Assembly: GCF_018350175.1 (NCBI RefSeq) | Contig: NC_058368.1 | Location: forward strand, 157,482,001-157,546,000 | Length of the DNA stretch: 64,000 bases | Source: Felis catus | Taxonomy: Eukaryota | Direction of reading: 5' to 3' | Part shown: positions 1 to 13,900 of the stretch, in pieces | How the letters are laid out: every line of letters begins with the position of its first letter | How positions within the stretch are numbered: position 1 is the first letter of the stretch | Translations under genes and position numbers: made by a program | The notes under the pieces: generated by a model | Told to the model about the DNA's origin: nothing | The model's input: the letters and a program-made list of their open reading frames with translations, nothing else | Databases searched by the model: none

Positions 1-1229
1 AGATTCTAAATGGTTTCTTTTGCTTTAAAGCGGTTTCTTTTGCTTTAAATGGCCAACATTGCTTCTCTGTCCTTCTCTATCTTCAGTCAGTGTTAGAAAC
101 ATTAGGAAGTGCTTATGTTTACTGTTTTGCTTCTGAGTCTCATTTAGTTTTCCATTAGTACACAGTTCTTTGTTCAATTTTTCTAGGGCAGTACCCTCAA
201 GGGCTCTGGACTTTTCAGATTTGGGGTTGTGTGGAGAAGCCCACACCCCGAGAGTGGAAAGCCTAGCCCTCTGCTCTGGCTGGTGCTCCACTTTCTAATT
301 TGGGGTGTGTGGCTGGTTCCTTATGTTCTCTGATATTCAGCTCTTGTAACTGTTTTTGGAGTTGTTAAGGACATTGAACCAAATAATGACCATATAAACC
401 CTACTCACATGTAAATTATGTGTTATTCTTAGTAAAGTTTCTATTTTATTCCAAGACAAAGAGCCACTGGTAGTCATTCATTTGTTATACAGTTTATTCC
501 TATCATTCATTTTACATGTTTTCCCTTCTATTTCTGTCCATGGTTCCCTTCAAATTTTATAAGTTTAAAACGATGTCATCATTATTGAATCATGACTCTG
601 ACTCAGCCACTGAAAATATGAATCAGCTGAAATTAAGAGAAGAATTATCTCAAGTCCAGTAGGACCTGACACTATGGAGTCAACTTCTCTTGGAAACAAA
701 GAACCTTCTTTCATTGTAAAGTTCTAACTGAAACCCTGAGTCAAAGGAATAAGCTAGAACTTCTAGGGCCAAGACCAGGGAACTCAATGGGCAATAAACA
801 AAGAGCCAGAGGAATTTACAAATAGCTGCGGAGGGCAATTTTGAACCTGCAGGCCTAGTAACCTATAATCATTCTTGAAGACAAGAATATCATAATCTCA
901 GCAAGCTGAATAAAGGAGGCCAACCAGCAAATCAAGCCTATGGTTATGCAATAGCTTGCCTTGCAGTTCTGAAAGCTTGCTGACGGCAGGTTCTCTTTCT
1001 CTCCACCCTTTCATTGAAGTTCCTTGACCCAGGAGAGTTGAACACTTGTTAGAAGCCCATGTCTAAATCAGATTTCTTCAGCATTAGTCATTATCATTTG
1101 CCATGTTTCAATTGAGATGATGTATTTATAAACTAGCAATTCAAGTTCATCTGTGAAACCCTGGCACATGAAGTCTCAATCTTTGATTTTGAGCCATAGT
1201 CCTGTTGGGAAGTCTTGGTGGAGCCTATG

Positions 1230-1645
1230 GACCATTCCTAAGAATGATGTTGTTAAAAGTACAAAATAAAATAGATAGGATGCTAAGGAAACAAATTGTA
1301 TTGAAGAATATTTTAAAAAATCGTATGTGAGACAGTAATATAGATGCTGCTTTATTAATACATTAAATAAGATCTGGTGGGTTTAGTAAAAATTGTACCT
1401 TCAAAGTGTTGATGGATATTAATGATATTTCAAGGTACTGGCAAATACTAATGGTGACAAAGTCATAAGGAACTATTGTAGTTTGTTACCTATCTTAATA
1501 ATTAAAAGAACAGCTAAATTTCAGTTACAGGGTAATGAAGATAAATAAGTGGGTTTTTCTTCCCCCATCCAAATTTTTAGACCCTTTAAACTCTATCCCA
1601 AGAGCCCCTTGGGTGTTTGTGGACCTGAGGGTAAGCAGCCCTGCC
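1230..1645. mobile_element. Old hAT-Charlie-type DNA transposon fragment
   Basis: Degenerate motifs (aaatttcagttacagggtaatgaagataaa...ccccatccaaatt...gaccc; terminal ggacctgagggtaagcagccctg) resemble Charlie/MER ends. Confidence 0.5.
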
Positions 1646-2591
1646 AGAGGGGTGTCTTTGCTGCTGATTCAAAGGACAGACTCACGAACTAGGAAGAACA
1701 GCTTTACTTAACATCTTCTCAGTGTATCTACTTAAAAAACCCAACTCTACCAGCTGATTCCCAAACGTCATACTTCTGTTCAATGGAAAGAAATGAAAGT
1801 GAAATTCATTTGGTAACTAGAATGTATAATTATTTTGTGCTTTTACTATGGTGACCAGATATCCCTATATCAGGTAGTCAAAGTATTAGAGTACTTGACA
1901 AAATAAACTTTCAGGGCCATCTTGACTTTGAGGGCTTCCAGGCCCCATAGGAAAGCTGAGGAGATTAGTACAAACATGGGCTGACAGCCAGACAAAGGTG
2001 AGTGAAGGCCCCAAGTAAAGATGTGACATGAAAGTAGGAGCCAGAAGAGGCAGGAGACATCCGAGCCCAGGCATCGATAGGAGCCCAGGCTGGGCAGAGT
2101 CTTCTAGAACTCCAGCTCCCAGGCCTGGGCAGCCACACAGTGTGGGCCAAACAGACATTTTTACCAGTTTCACAGTGAACGCATTTATAATCATTTCCCC
2201 AGCGTGAATGGAAATACCACATGAGTAGAAGTAAACACAAAACCTGCCATTTCTTGGTTTGGGTGCATTGGTTCTTTTTGGGGGTGGGGAGCCTAAAAGG
2301 AGGCAAATATGTACTAATATCCACAATTTGGCAATATACATCTAGTGTACTTAAGGCACCAGAAGGATTTAATAGATCCTAGAAATAATATGTTCTATTT
2401 CATCTTTTCAGTGATGTAGTTTTAAATTTCAGCATTTTTGTTTTAGGAGATGTTGCTACCATGCTTTCTCTTAATATGTACATCTTTTGCAGATTAGCAT
2501 CAACCAAATTTCATATGCATACATAAATACGTATGTACATAAAATATGTATTATATATGCACATATGTATATGTATGTATATCTGTATAGT

Positions 2592-2798
2592 TTTGGGTTT
2601 TTTTTTTCTTGTTTTGTTTTCTTAAGGGTATTTATTTATTTTGATGGAGGGAGGGGCAGAGAGAGGGAGACAGAGAATCCCAAGCAGGCTCTGTGCTGTC
2701 AGTGCGGAGCGCCATGCAGGGCTCAAACTCCTGAACCATGAGATCATGGACTGAGCCAAAGTCAGATGCTTAACTGACTGAGCCACCCAGGGCGCCCC
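2592..2798 (-). mobile_element. Can-SINE (tRNA-derived)
   Basis: Reverse complement of GGGGCGCCCTGGGTGGCTCAGTCAGTTAAGCATCTGACTT head, CT-rich tract and A tail; TSD-like tgtatagt on both sides. Confidence 0.9.
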
Positions 2799-4299
2799 TG
2801 TATAGTCTTTGTATGTGTTACTAGCAAATACCTGGAAAAGCATCACTTTTAGCAAATAAAGGATAGTAGAACAAAGGGATGATACCTGAGTGCTCTTGTT
2901 AGTTTGTTCCTGAGTCACATGCACAGTATTTCCAGACATATGTCTGAGAGGGTGACACATGCTTTGATAAAGGTTGAGTCAAAACCAGATGAGCAAACTG
3001 TTATGAATAGAAAAGGGAATTCAAGTTGTGTGGTAGGTTTAGGAAATTGTGAAAATAACTTCTAAAATGGTAAATAATGTGTGGCCTAGCCAGTGGACAG
3101 TACTCGGGGTGATGGAAGGGCTGCCAGTGTCTCCAGGAAGTGGACTCGTTTGGCCTCTGCCGAAGGCAGAGATCTGGGAAAGCTGGTGCTCCTCTTGAGA
3201 AATGGGTGCTTTGAGGGAGCAAGGAGGCTGCTTTCCAGGTTAGCCTAGCTGTCATCTGTGTGCTTTGTTCAATGCTGTGTCTTTCATAGCAGTCTCTGTG
3301 TGCCCCATGGAATTCTCAGAGTTTGTTTTGGTTTCTAGGCTTCTGAGACGTGGCGTAGTCTCACTTTGTTCCCAGCTTGGTGGTTTAGTGTAAGCTCTCT
3401 CCAGCCGTGTTTGCACCATCCTCTGCACTCACGTGTGGTGACACTGGCCTCTAGAATCCTCTCGTTTTCCATTCTCTGTTCAGAGGGCTAATGGTTAAAG
3501 TTCCCGCCATGGTTGTATCCAGGGATGGAATTTCAAAATTTAACTACAGAAAATAGACCAACATGAAGATTCCCTAGAACTCATCTTTGCAGTGCTGTAA
3601 ATGGAATTGTGACACATTTAGGGGCCCTTGCTGCCATGAAGAATGTATTCCCTGCTTTTCTTTATAGAAGCTATTTCCTTCCTGGAACATTTGAAAAACC
3701 ATTGCACACAGCGTTCTGGGAGCTGGGGGGAGGATTAAGAATGACCTTTAGCGGAGGAAAGAGGCCGCTCAACTAGAGGAGATTCTGACCTATTTTTCTT
3801 TTTGTGTGTATACTGTTGCATGTCTATGGAAAACACTGGCAGGGTCCCAAGGCAGCGTCAAACAGACTCTAAATATTCTCAGAGAAATGGCCTCCAGTCA
3901 GTACAGAAATTGTCTAAATACACAGCAGGGTAAAACCCAGTTCAAGTCAGTTAAAGGTGTCTCTCTTTCATAGGGCTGGGATTTCTTAATAAAGGAAGGA
4001 GCATAACATCAGGTATACATTATGATAATACTATTTCCTTACACTGGTTATTACTTAACAGTTTGTGGAGCACTTTCATGATGGTCTCATTTGATTTTTC
4101 AGAGATAGAATTAATAGAGCAATGATATAGTTAAGAATTATGCAATTATATGGCAGGCAGGTATAATTAACAAGGGGTGAGAGCACTCATTTAAAAAAAA
4201 TCCTCCCATGTATTAAATAGTTCATATAACAGATATGGCAATTAAGGGGTGAAGCCTGATAAACAGAGTTAATTTGGCCAGAAAATAAACATTTATAAA

Positions 4300-4500
4300 A
4301 ACACCTGCTGTGAGCCAGGCACTGTGAAGGGATGTTGACATGCATCATTCCACTTGGTCCTTACAACAGGTTGGTAGTATTGGGTATTTTTACCAAAGGC
4401 AAAACTGACAGAGGAGGTTTTTCACTGAGAGACATGGTAAGTGTACGATTTGAGAGGTGAGCCTGTGTCTGTAAAACTCCAAAGCACATTGTCTTGTCAT
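4300..4500 (-). mobile_element. MIR SINE fragment
   Basis: acacctgctgtgagccaggcactgtg...ccttacaacagg...aaaactga core similarity. Confidence 0.5.
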
Positions 4501-5979
4501 CACGTCACCCTACCTCAAGTTATGTAGGGTGCATGTTGCTTATCAGTTTTTCTTTCCCTTTGATTTTTGTCCTCCCTTCAGTTGACCTGGATCACACTCT
4601 TCCATAGCTCCTGTCATCATCATGACAGCATCATAATAATAGTGATCATTCCTTGGCCTTATTTAATGCATCTTACTATTGTTACTTAGAGATTTCTCAT
4701 CTTACCATGTCATACTGTAGCATTCCCTGAACGAAGGCCTTGAGTCTTACTCATTTTTATGTTTTAAGCAGCATCTTACATACTGTTCTGCATCTAGTAT
4801 TTACTCAATACATTTGTATTCTAAGTTATTTAGTGGTGTAAATGACTCATGCCAACATTACATTCTAGTACTATTGATGATTTGTGCTGGGGGCAGGGAG
4901 CCTTCAATAAGCATAATAAATGTTTAGTAAGTGATTTTGAGTGAAACTAAGTAAAGCAAAATGCTCATAATCCAGGGAGCCTGTTAAGCAGGGAGTTTGG
5001 GGCGGGGTTGGGGGCGGGGGAAGTGATCTAGCTAAAAGATGGTGGTGTAAAGTTGTGTGTTCTGTAAACGTAACCCTTCCGTGAAACCTACAAAATGGAT
5101 GAAGTTAGACTGGATGAAATTTTGATGGGAAAAGTCCACCTTAAGTAAAACTAGGAAATTGCTAAAATCTCAAATTACATTGTCATCCAAATATGGTGAA
5201 TCTGGACCAAGTCAAGGGAGACTGGAAAGAGCGGAAACACACCTTTTGGGTTCTAATTAGGATTCAGAGTTTTCTGAAAACAAGTGATATCAGGGTTTCA
5301 GGTGATGCTCTTTTACTCAGAGCAAGGACTGAGGGTGTGGATGGGGTACAGGAGAAATCCAGACCGTCCCTTCAGGGGTTTGCTCTACAATGCAGAGGAG
5401 AGGATGGTCATACAGATGGAAAGGAGTTACTGGGCAAGACATACTTATTTCCCAAAGTAGAATTCCTCTTTAGGAGGTGAGGCAGGAAGGATGAAAAGGT
5501 GTAAGTGGCAGCCAGCTTTGTGGTAGTTGGTTGATTCAAACAAGCAGCTATAGATAAACATAAATAACCCAATAAAAGGTTAGAGAGCTGGGAGACTCCA
5601 CCATGGTCTTTATATTTTGCTTGGGCAATCTGCTCACCCAAGAGGTCAGAGAACATTGGTAATATGGCTAAAAACTATTGAAACCCAATAAAAATCTGAT
5701 TTGAAGCCTGTGGCTGCTCTAGCTAACCCCCTGACTCTTCTCCATAATTAAAAGAAATAGCAAGTTCAGGAGAGAACAGCATTCCTTTTAGAGCAGAGTC
5801 TATGTTTTCAGGTAGACTTAGGTCCATTAATAATACCAAAAGCAAATAAAAATAAGGAACAAAAAGGAACAAAGAAACTCAAAAATCAGAAGGCAAGTGA
5901 AGAATACTCTTTAGAAGAATTATTGCAGCAAACCAAAGCATTTCAGATGCATATTTACCTGCACCCTGAAAGAACTTTT

Positions 5980-6540
5980 AAAAATACACAAGGTCTTTGT
6001 GAAATAATTCTAAGGTGAAATATAAGATCAATGAAGAATAGGCAAAAGAAGACAGAGTAAGCTAAGAGTGATGAAAGAAATGGAAGATAATAAAACTATC
6101 CTAGAAATGAATATCACATTAGAATAGATGTTTTCTGAAAACATATCCAGTGATGCAGAGGTCAGACTAAAGAGAATAAAATAGCATTTATGGGAGGGAT
6201 TGCCAAATAAATAAAAACTAAGTAGATAATGACAGCCAGACATCATATGGGATGATGGTGTTCCTGGAGTAGAGAACAGAACACATGGAGCAGGAAATAA
6301 AAATATCACAAATAAAATGAAATAAAACTCCAAGGAAATAAAGCATGATCTGACTCTGTACATGGAAAGAGATCTTAAGGGGAAAAATACTCGTAACAGA
6401 ATAATCAACACGAAGATACACAGTGAAGCTACTTGAACTTTAAGGACAGTATAAGAATCCCATGGGCATCTTGGCAGAAAAAACATGTTTCCTACAAAAG
6501 GGGGAAAGAACAGACTGACCTCACATTTCTCAGTAGAGAT
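5980..6540 (+). mobile_element. Degenerate L1 ORF1-like / HAL1-like fragment
   Basis: A-rich strand with ORF1-like motifs (gtgaagctacttgaactttaaggac; cagactgacctcacatttctc); no intact ORF. Confidence 0.55.
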
Positions 6541-8959
6541 ATTTAATTAGGGGAAAAAAGCGCACAACAAAATCTGGTTAACCATGAGATGACTCAAAAA
6601 AAAAAAAAGTCTCAGGAAAAGGTAAGGGTGAGAGTCAAAAAGTGAAGTGGACCCTTAAATCCATTTAATTATAGAACGGAACCAAATGCACACACTTATG
6701 TTTAAGAACACAACATAACTAATGTAAATCCTAAACATAAAGTATCATATAAACATATAATAGTCCAAAATTGTCAGTACGGAAATTTGCTTTTTGCTTC
6801 TCTCACTCATAGCATGGAGATAGTTATCATCAAAGGTTGTTGAACTCAAGAAACAAAATGTACTTGATGACTTTTTAGAGACTGATGTACAATATTTAAA
6901 TTTTTTGCACTTGTAAATGATTTCTGAACATCCTCTGAACACTATGTTTTGCGGTTCTCTCATGCTTAAAGAGGATTTGGTGAGTGAGGTAAGGTAAGGT
7001 AGGGATGTCAGCAGGGTTACTGACTAAAATGTCAAACTGTCCAGTTTAAATGTTTCCATTGTGGGTGAAGATTTCAATTTTTCACTATTAGGAATAATCC
7101 TGAATCTCACGGGTGATGAAATCACAAAGTTAGGGTATAAGTGCTAGGATACCATACAGCTGTTAAAAATAATGAATTTAGCCAACAGGGACTAACATGG
7201 AATGATGTGCAAGTAGCGGTTACTGAATAAAAAATTAAGTGGCAGATTGTAGTTTGCTATCCTATTTGGACAGAAGAGAGAACTGTGTATGACACTGTGT
7301 GTGTTTAGTGGCTCTGGAGCTTGAGGGAGATGAGTGAGAACAGGGGGCTTCTGCTTTTTATTTACTACGTACTTTTGGAAATTTTTGTCAAGAGGTGAAA
7401 GGACTTTTTTTTAAAGAACAGAGAAAAAGACAAAGGACATGTGTTAATTTGTTATTGGGTGGCCATAACAGTCATGTTATGAGTTAGGAAATAGATTTAC
7501 TTAGGAGTGTCCTTTAAGATTCCGTTCCCACTGCTGGGGGAGGCGGGGGTACTTAGTCTGGCTATGAGGGAGGGCATCCCACCGTCCAGTAGAATACAGG
7601 AGAAGGGGATGGTTACAGTCATGGATGGGAGCTTGGGAGGGCTGCCCATCATGTGGAATGGCCTGAACTCAAGGGTGGTGTTAGCAGAAAGGGGCATTTT
7701 CATAGCAGACTGAGGAGACTAACCTGGTTGAAGAAGCCAAGGCAATGAGGAATACCTGATTCAGAGTGCAGAGAGGGGAATGGAAGTTTCACCCTCTGTA
7801 AATGGGGGTTTATTTCAACACTCTTACAGGGAAACTAAATCTCAAGGAAGCAGAACACGAGTTGGCTGTGAGAAACCTTGTTGGGTCCCCTTAGTAACTA
7901 GGTAAGTCTTGAGGGTCGGCACCAAGTCCAAGAGGGCAAGCCCCTGAGGCAGGAAGTGGGGAACAGTAAAGCAACCAGATTGGCATTCTTGCCCTGGTGT
8001 TGATAGCATGTGACCCCTCTAGGCCTGTTTTTTCTTGGTGGGATATCCCACCTCATGCTACAAAGGTTTAAAGGTAGGATTGAGAGTATGTGCAAAAATG
8101 CCTGGAAATGGCACAAAGCAACATAGGCTGTAAAATGGTCTCTTAAAAAAACATCCACCTTGCTTCCCAACTTTTGCTCATTTTGATTACCAGAAGTGCT
8201 CTTTTTTTCAGCTTCTCTGACCTTTTGGCCTCTTTCTCCATTCCTCTTGTTTCGGTTTCCTCTCTGCCCACCAATTACCTCCTTAGAATCACACCATACA
8301 GATGGTTTGCCTGGCTGCTGGTGGCAGAGAGAAAAGGCTGGCTGTTACTTCTTTTTCTCAGAGAAATTGCCTCTGGCTGATAGGGCTCTATCCCTGTGGC
8401 CAAAACTTCTTGCTGTAACCCCAGAAACCTCTATCAGTGGAGGGCACTCACCAATCTTGGCTCTCTGTGCACTCATTCTGCACAAGCGGAATTCTCCAAC
8501 CTCAGGGGAGAAGAAGGTGGACTGGCTAATTCCTGGGTAAGGCGGTCACTTTCCTCCCCAGCTTACACTTTGCCATGTGAAAGCTCTTGGGCCCGTCTGA
8601 GATCGACTGGCCACTAAACTGATATGGGTCTATTTTGGAAACTTTCCTCAGAACTATTAGCAATATGAGAAGGCCACCAGATAAGAACCCCAAGTACCAA
8701 AGTGCCTGAGATAAGGCTATAACCTCAAGTGCTTGGACCTGAGGAGTGAATCGCATCTGGGCTTTGTGTCCACAGAAATGCTTAGTAAGGGCAAAGCAGC
8801 AATTGAGAAAAGTTCAACGACAAAAAAGCAAGACCCTAAATGGCTTTTGTTAATGAGAAGCGATTTGGAGGAACATGCATTCAGTGAGTGGTAAAGCCTT
8901 CTTCTCAAGGACTTGCCAGCGTGTTCTCTCTTTCTGGTACAGTCTCCTCTCATCCTGCT

Positions 8960-9195
8960 TCTCCTCATCCTCCAGGTATTAGCTTCCATGCCACCTCCCC
9001 AGGGAGACCCTGCTCCATTCCCTCATTGCCTTATGCCCCCTCATTATTCATTCTCATAGCTACCCTTTGATTTTGCAGCATTTACCACAAGTGGAATCAA
9101 ATAATCTGTGTCATTCGCATTGGTCTGGTTCAGTGAGAGATTCCCAGCACCTAGCACAGTGCCTAGGTGCACATAAATATTTGCTGGGTTAATGC
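8960..9195 (+). mobile_element. L2 3' fragment
   Basis: cccagcacctagcacagtgcctaggtgcacataaatatttgctgg resembles the L2 3' terminus. Confidence 0.55.
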
Positions 9196-9520
9196 ACTGG
9201 GGCCATGACTGAAAATCCACACGCACATATAATAGGGTTGAACATGGGACTCCTTCTGACAGCTTTGGTGGAAGTCACAAGCCAACAGATTGCTGTGCAC
9301 CCACAGCTGTAAAGCACGACGCTACATCACATATGCAGGGCTTGCAGAAGTTGTCAAAATACCCAGTTTTGCTCCCCTTAGCTTTTGGCTCCTCTCACTG
9401 GCATAAGGACTTTTAGTTGAGAAGTCAGCTGATGTGAGAAATCCGAGGGCTTCCATAGAGGGCTGGGATTGTGCTTCCCCTTACCACAGGTTAATGATAG
9501 CAGCTTCCTGAAGACCACTT

Positions 9521-10510
9521 GGATGTTGGCATGGATATAGAGTAAAAGAAACCTGGTGCACTGCTGGTGGCAATGTAAGTTGGTGTAGCCACTGTGGAGA
9601 ACAGTATGGAAGTTCTTTTGCAAATTAGAAATAGAGCCACCACATGATCCAGCAATCCTGCTTTCTGGATATTTATCCAAGGAAATTAAATTCTCAAAGA
9701 GAAATCTGCACTCCTATGTTCACTGCAACACTATTCACGATAGCTAAGATATGGAAAGAAACTAAATGTCCATAGATGGACGAATGGATAAAGAAAATGT
9801 GGTATGTATGTATACACATCACACACAGGAATATTTCAGCCTTAAAATGAAGTCCTGCCATTTGCAACAACATGAATGGACCTGGAGAATATCGTGCTAA
9901 ATGAAAAGCCAGAGAAAGACAAGTACTGTATTTTCTCGTTTACATGTGTAATCTAAAATAGCAAAACTCGTAGAAGCAAAGTAGAATGGTGATCACTAGG
10001 GGCTGGTGGAAGGAGGAGATGAAGAGGCGTGATGGCCAAAGGGTACAAAATTTCAGTTATGCAAGTTCTGGGGATTCACTATACACCATGGTGCCTGTAG
10101 CTTACAGTACTATATCGTATACTTAAAATTTTGCAGGAAGGTAGTGGCACCTGGGTGGCTCAGTTGGTTAAGCGTCTGACTCTTGACTTTGGATCAGGCC
10201 ATTATCTCCTGGTTGTGGGACTGAGCCCAGCATTGGGCCCTGTGCTGGGCGTGGAGCCTCCTTGGGATTATCTCTCTCCCTCTGTCTCTGCCAAAATAAG
10301 TATTTTAAAAAAGTTTCTAAGAGGGTAGATCTAATGTTAAACATTCTTGCCACATACACAAAAATAATGTTAGTAAAGGGTGTGAGAGGAAACTTTGAGA
10401 GATGATTTGGTATGTTTGTAGCCTTGATGGTGGTGATGGTTTTATAGGTGTATCCTTCTCCCCAAACTCACTGAGCTTTTTACATGTCAGTCATATTTCA
10501 ATAAAGTGGT
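9521..10510 (+). mobile_element. L1 (L1M-type) 3' end, interrupted by a Can-SINE
   Basis: ORF2-end/3'UTR motifs (cactgctggtggcaatgtaagttggtgtagccactgtggagaacagtatgga; gatggacgaatggataaagaaaatgtggta; ccatttgcaacaacatgaatggacctggag), ending in caataaag. Confidence 0.88.
10145..10310 (+). mobile_element. Can-SINE nested in L1
   Basis: ggcacctgggtggctcagttggttaagcgtctgactcttgac head, CT tract and short A tail. Confidence 0.85.
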
Positions 10511-10788
10511 TTAAAGACACACAAAAAAATCTCTTATTTGTGATTCCTCAAGTTTGGGGGACACAGAGGACTGGTATTTGCCTGAAAAAATGCACATAAT
10601 GCCCCTAGAGCAGGATGGAGGATGCTTTTGGGAAGTTGCTGCACTCTGAGGGTGGCAGGCCCAAAGTGTTAATTTTTGTTTATGGCTGGGGTGGGAGGGT
10701 GGATGAGACCAGATGGAAGACTTCTAGTTGCTGTGTTGGTGTGGTTTAGAATGAGGCCATAGGCAACTGGCTTCCTACCTGAAGAGGA

Positions 10789-10790
<2 letters not shown>

Positions 10791-10830
<40 letters not shown>

Positions 10831-10843
10831 ACACACGTGTGCG
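10791..10843. repeat. (GT)n(GC)5(AC)4 alternating purine-pyrimidine microsatellite
   Basis: Direct reading of the sequence. Confidence 0.9.
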
Positions 10844-12499
10844 GGCATGCTTGCGCACACAAGCACGCTCTTGGAAAGGCTGGCTAAAGAGGCCCTGTCA
10901 AAACCTTGCAAGGCTGGAGGAACTCAGCAGGGCACCTTCCAAGGTACCTGGGATGGGTTCTGATGATGCCTGTAGGAAGTCAAGTCCAGGTTCGGGAGGT
11001 GCTAAGATCTCTGCGGCCCTTAACTCTCCTCCCTACCATCTCCTCCATCAACCCTGGAGGTGGCTGAGTGGTGGGACAGTAGGGAGGGTAGCAGGAAGCA
11101 CTTGGCTTCCAGCAAGCCTAAGCTGGAAGAGGGGAGAGACTTCGATTTTAAATGCATTTCAGAGTTTTGGCTGTTACAGAAGGCTGGACTTAGTAGTTAC
11201 TGAAAGGAAACTGATTCGAAGAGTGACCACAGGGCTTATCAAGAGCAACTGTCCTGGAGGGATTGAGATCTGCCAGAGATTTCTTCCCTGAAGGCAAGGA
11301 AACAGCTGCCGGAGTGTGTTTGCAGGGGCACGTGTGAGAATACATAGTGTTGCTTTATGATTGCCCCACCCGGTCCCTCTCATTGAATGCACCCATCTCT
11401 CTTGAATCCTTGCGCAACTACGGAAGATAGGTACTATCCTAATTTATCAGAGATGTTGGAAGGGAGATCTGGGGAGTAGGCAAATTGCTCTGGGTCACAG
11501 GTTGGTGGATCTCAGATCTAGGGCTCTATTCTTTACTCTCTATACCACAAAGCATTTTCAACTTCCCGCACTTTCATGTCTTGCTGACAGGTCTTTGGTT
11601 CTGAACTCGCTTTCTCATCTATAAGCCAAGTCATCTGTAACCAATGACAGGAAAAATGCTAAGATGTTAACAGAAGGGAGGAGCCATAATAGTTCATTCA
11701 GGCAAGAGCAGTGAGTTAAGAGAAGGGAGGAGCAGGTGAGGTGGTGATGACTGGTTACCAGGGCAATAAAGACTTGTCATCAGTGGCAGAGAGAGGAAGG
11801 AAGATGAGGGAGGTGAGGAGGTGACTTTGCCAACAGTCCCCAGTGTGCTCTTATAGCTGCTCTCAGCTGCACAGTTCTGTGGCTCAGGTGGCCCCAAGAC
11901 CCCTGGAGACCCTCTTGGCACTACTTTGACAAGGATGACTTAAATGAACTCTGCCTTTGAGAGGAGAAGGAAAAGCTTCCACGTGTAAGAGAGTCTTTTC
12001 CATAGCAGGCTTTTCCCCAAAGCCTCTTACCTGAAATGAACTGTGCCAACCCACTCTGGCACCTGTCTGGGCAAGAAGCACTCAGGCTTACAGACAACAA
12101 GGCTCTTTTAAAAACTCTCCTGTATGAAGACAAATGGAAGAAATAATTAATAGAATATTCAAAGTTAAGCTCAAGTTTGGAAGAAGTGCATCAGCACTAA
12201 GTTACTGGTAGCCATGTTGTTAAGTGAAGCTAACTGACACTTGGAAAGATTCACAGAGAAAACTTACTTCACAAGGCAATAAGTTGTAGAGTCTTGAAAA
12301 TGTTCTGGGCTGTGTTTATCATACAATAGGGGCTCAGTCACAGTGATACAAAGATCTAAATTAACCTAATAGGATTTTTAGTCCTGCTTTTAGGCTGCTT
12401 GTTTGTCAGGTATATTGTAACAAAACTTTGCAAATCCAAATAAAAGATGGAAAGACATAATTAGAAGATAGTGAAAAATATATAGAAAACTTACTAGGT

Positions 12500-12670
12500 C
12501 CCATGCACCATTCTACCTATACATTATCATAATCCTCTGATGTAGGTACCGTCCGCTTCACGGATGGGAAACAGGCTGCAGGGCTTTATAAATTTGCCTG
12601 TGGTCTGTAGTTTGTGAGTGGCAGACCAGGACTCTAAGCCAGGCTGTCTGGCTTGATCGCTCTGAATCAC
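12500..12670 (-). mobile_element. MIR SINE fragment
   Basis: cacggatgggaaacaggctgcag...aatttgcctgtggtc...gtggcagaccaggactctaagccaggctgtctgg. Confidence 0.55.
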
Positions 12671-13464
12671 ATGTGTACGGTGTGCCTTGTTTGGTACTTT
12701 ATGACTCTGTATTGTTGGCCATTTGTAGCTATGGGCTGCTCTCAGTCCCTCCCAAGGAAGAGTGTATAAGCTCCTGGGGTCTCATCCTGCTCTGTGTGGC
12801 CGTCATTTAAACATCTTCGTTTCATCATCTATGAAATCCAGACAGTTCTGGATGCTGTTAACGGGCTCTCCTCGCTCTATCATTACAGGAATCCCTAAGT
12901 CCTTCAATTGTCCTCAAAATGTCTATGCTTGGAAGATGACAGAAATGCTAGGCATAAAATAAGTGTAACCAAATCTCATGTCGAATTTAAAGAAATGTCA
13001 GACCAGAGTTGCTTTAATGAAGATAAAAAAAATGATATATAACATCTGTAGACTGCTGTCCTCTACCATGTCTTTGACAAGTGGGAGAAAAGCTATAGAA
13101 AAAATATAGTAGGAAATGAAATCAGAACCTGTCAGTTATTATAAATAAAAGTAACTTTTAAAATCAGTTCATTTTATATTACAAACCATTATATACTGTT
13201 GAGGTGCTTAATATTCCAGAGGCAACTAGAGGTGTGAATGCCAAAGTTGGAAAGAGACATCCCCTATGCAGGTGTCCAGTTTGTTAAACATGACAAAGGG
13301 ACTCTCAAAGTTAAGGTCAGTCTGCCATTGGTAACTAATTCCTAAATCACGAATTTGGGAAGATATGGCAAGGCACATAGACCTAACTGACACAGCAGAC
13401 TCTTGCAGTAATCCAAATCCTCTGGCCATGTTAATTTTAAATAGGACATATATGAATAGCCTGC

Positions 13465-13900
13465 CTCATTTATTCTTTGAGTAAATTATTATTGAACACC
13501 TCCTCTGTGCCAGATCCTGGGCTAGGATCTGGGAACAGCCTAGAGAACAAGATAGTCTCTACTCTCTTGGAACTTATTTAATAATACAACTAGTTGTTAG
13601 TTATAATTGTGATAAATGCCACAAAGGGGAAGTAGAAGATGAAAGAGAGCATATACCATTGTGGCCTGAGTTAATCTGAGATAGGTTGGGGAAGGCTTCC
13701 TGGAGGAGGTGATGTTAAGGGGAGATCTTGAGTGTGGGAAGGACTTAGCTAAGTGAGGAAGGGGTGGAAGATGGACCTTGTGGGACAGAAGGGACATCAA
13801 GTACTGAGTAAGGCCTTGGGATAGGAGCACCTGAAGGCAGGTCTGTGTGGTGTTCAGAGGGTGGGATCAGCAGGTGATGAGGCTGGCGAGGTGAATCACG
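13465..13900 (-). mobile_element. L2 fragment
   Basis: tcatttattc...ttattgaacacctcctctgtgccag...ggaaggcttcctggaggaggtgatg, typical of reverse-oriented L2. Confidence 0.65.

Noticed and set aside
8..52. 20-bp tandem duplication (also a ~29-bp one near 58700-58760)
   Set aside because: Simple local slippage duplications with only two copies and no spacers; not CRISPR-like.
620..1000. Possible LTR remnant (also 11060-11330)
   Set aside because: I could not match it confidently to any family; it needs RepeatMasker/Dfam.
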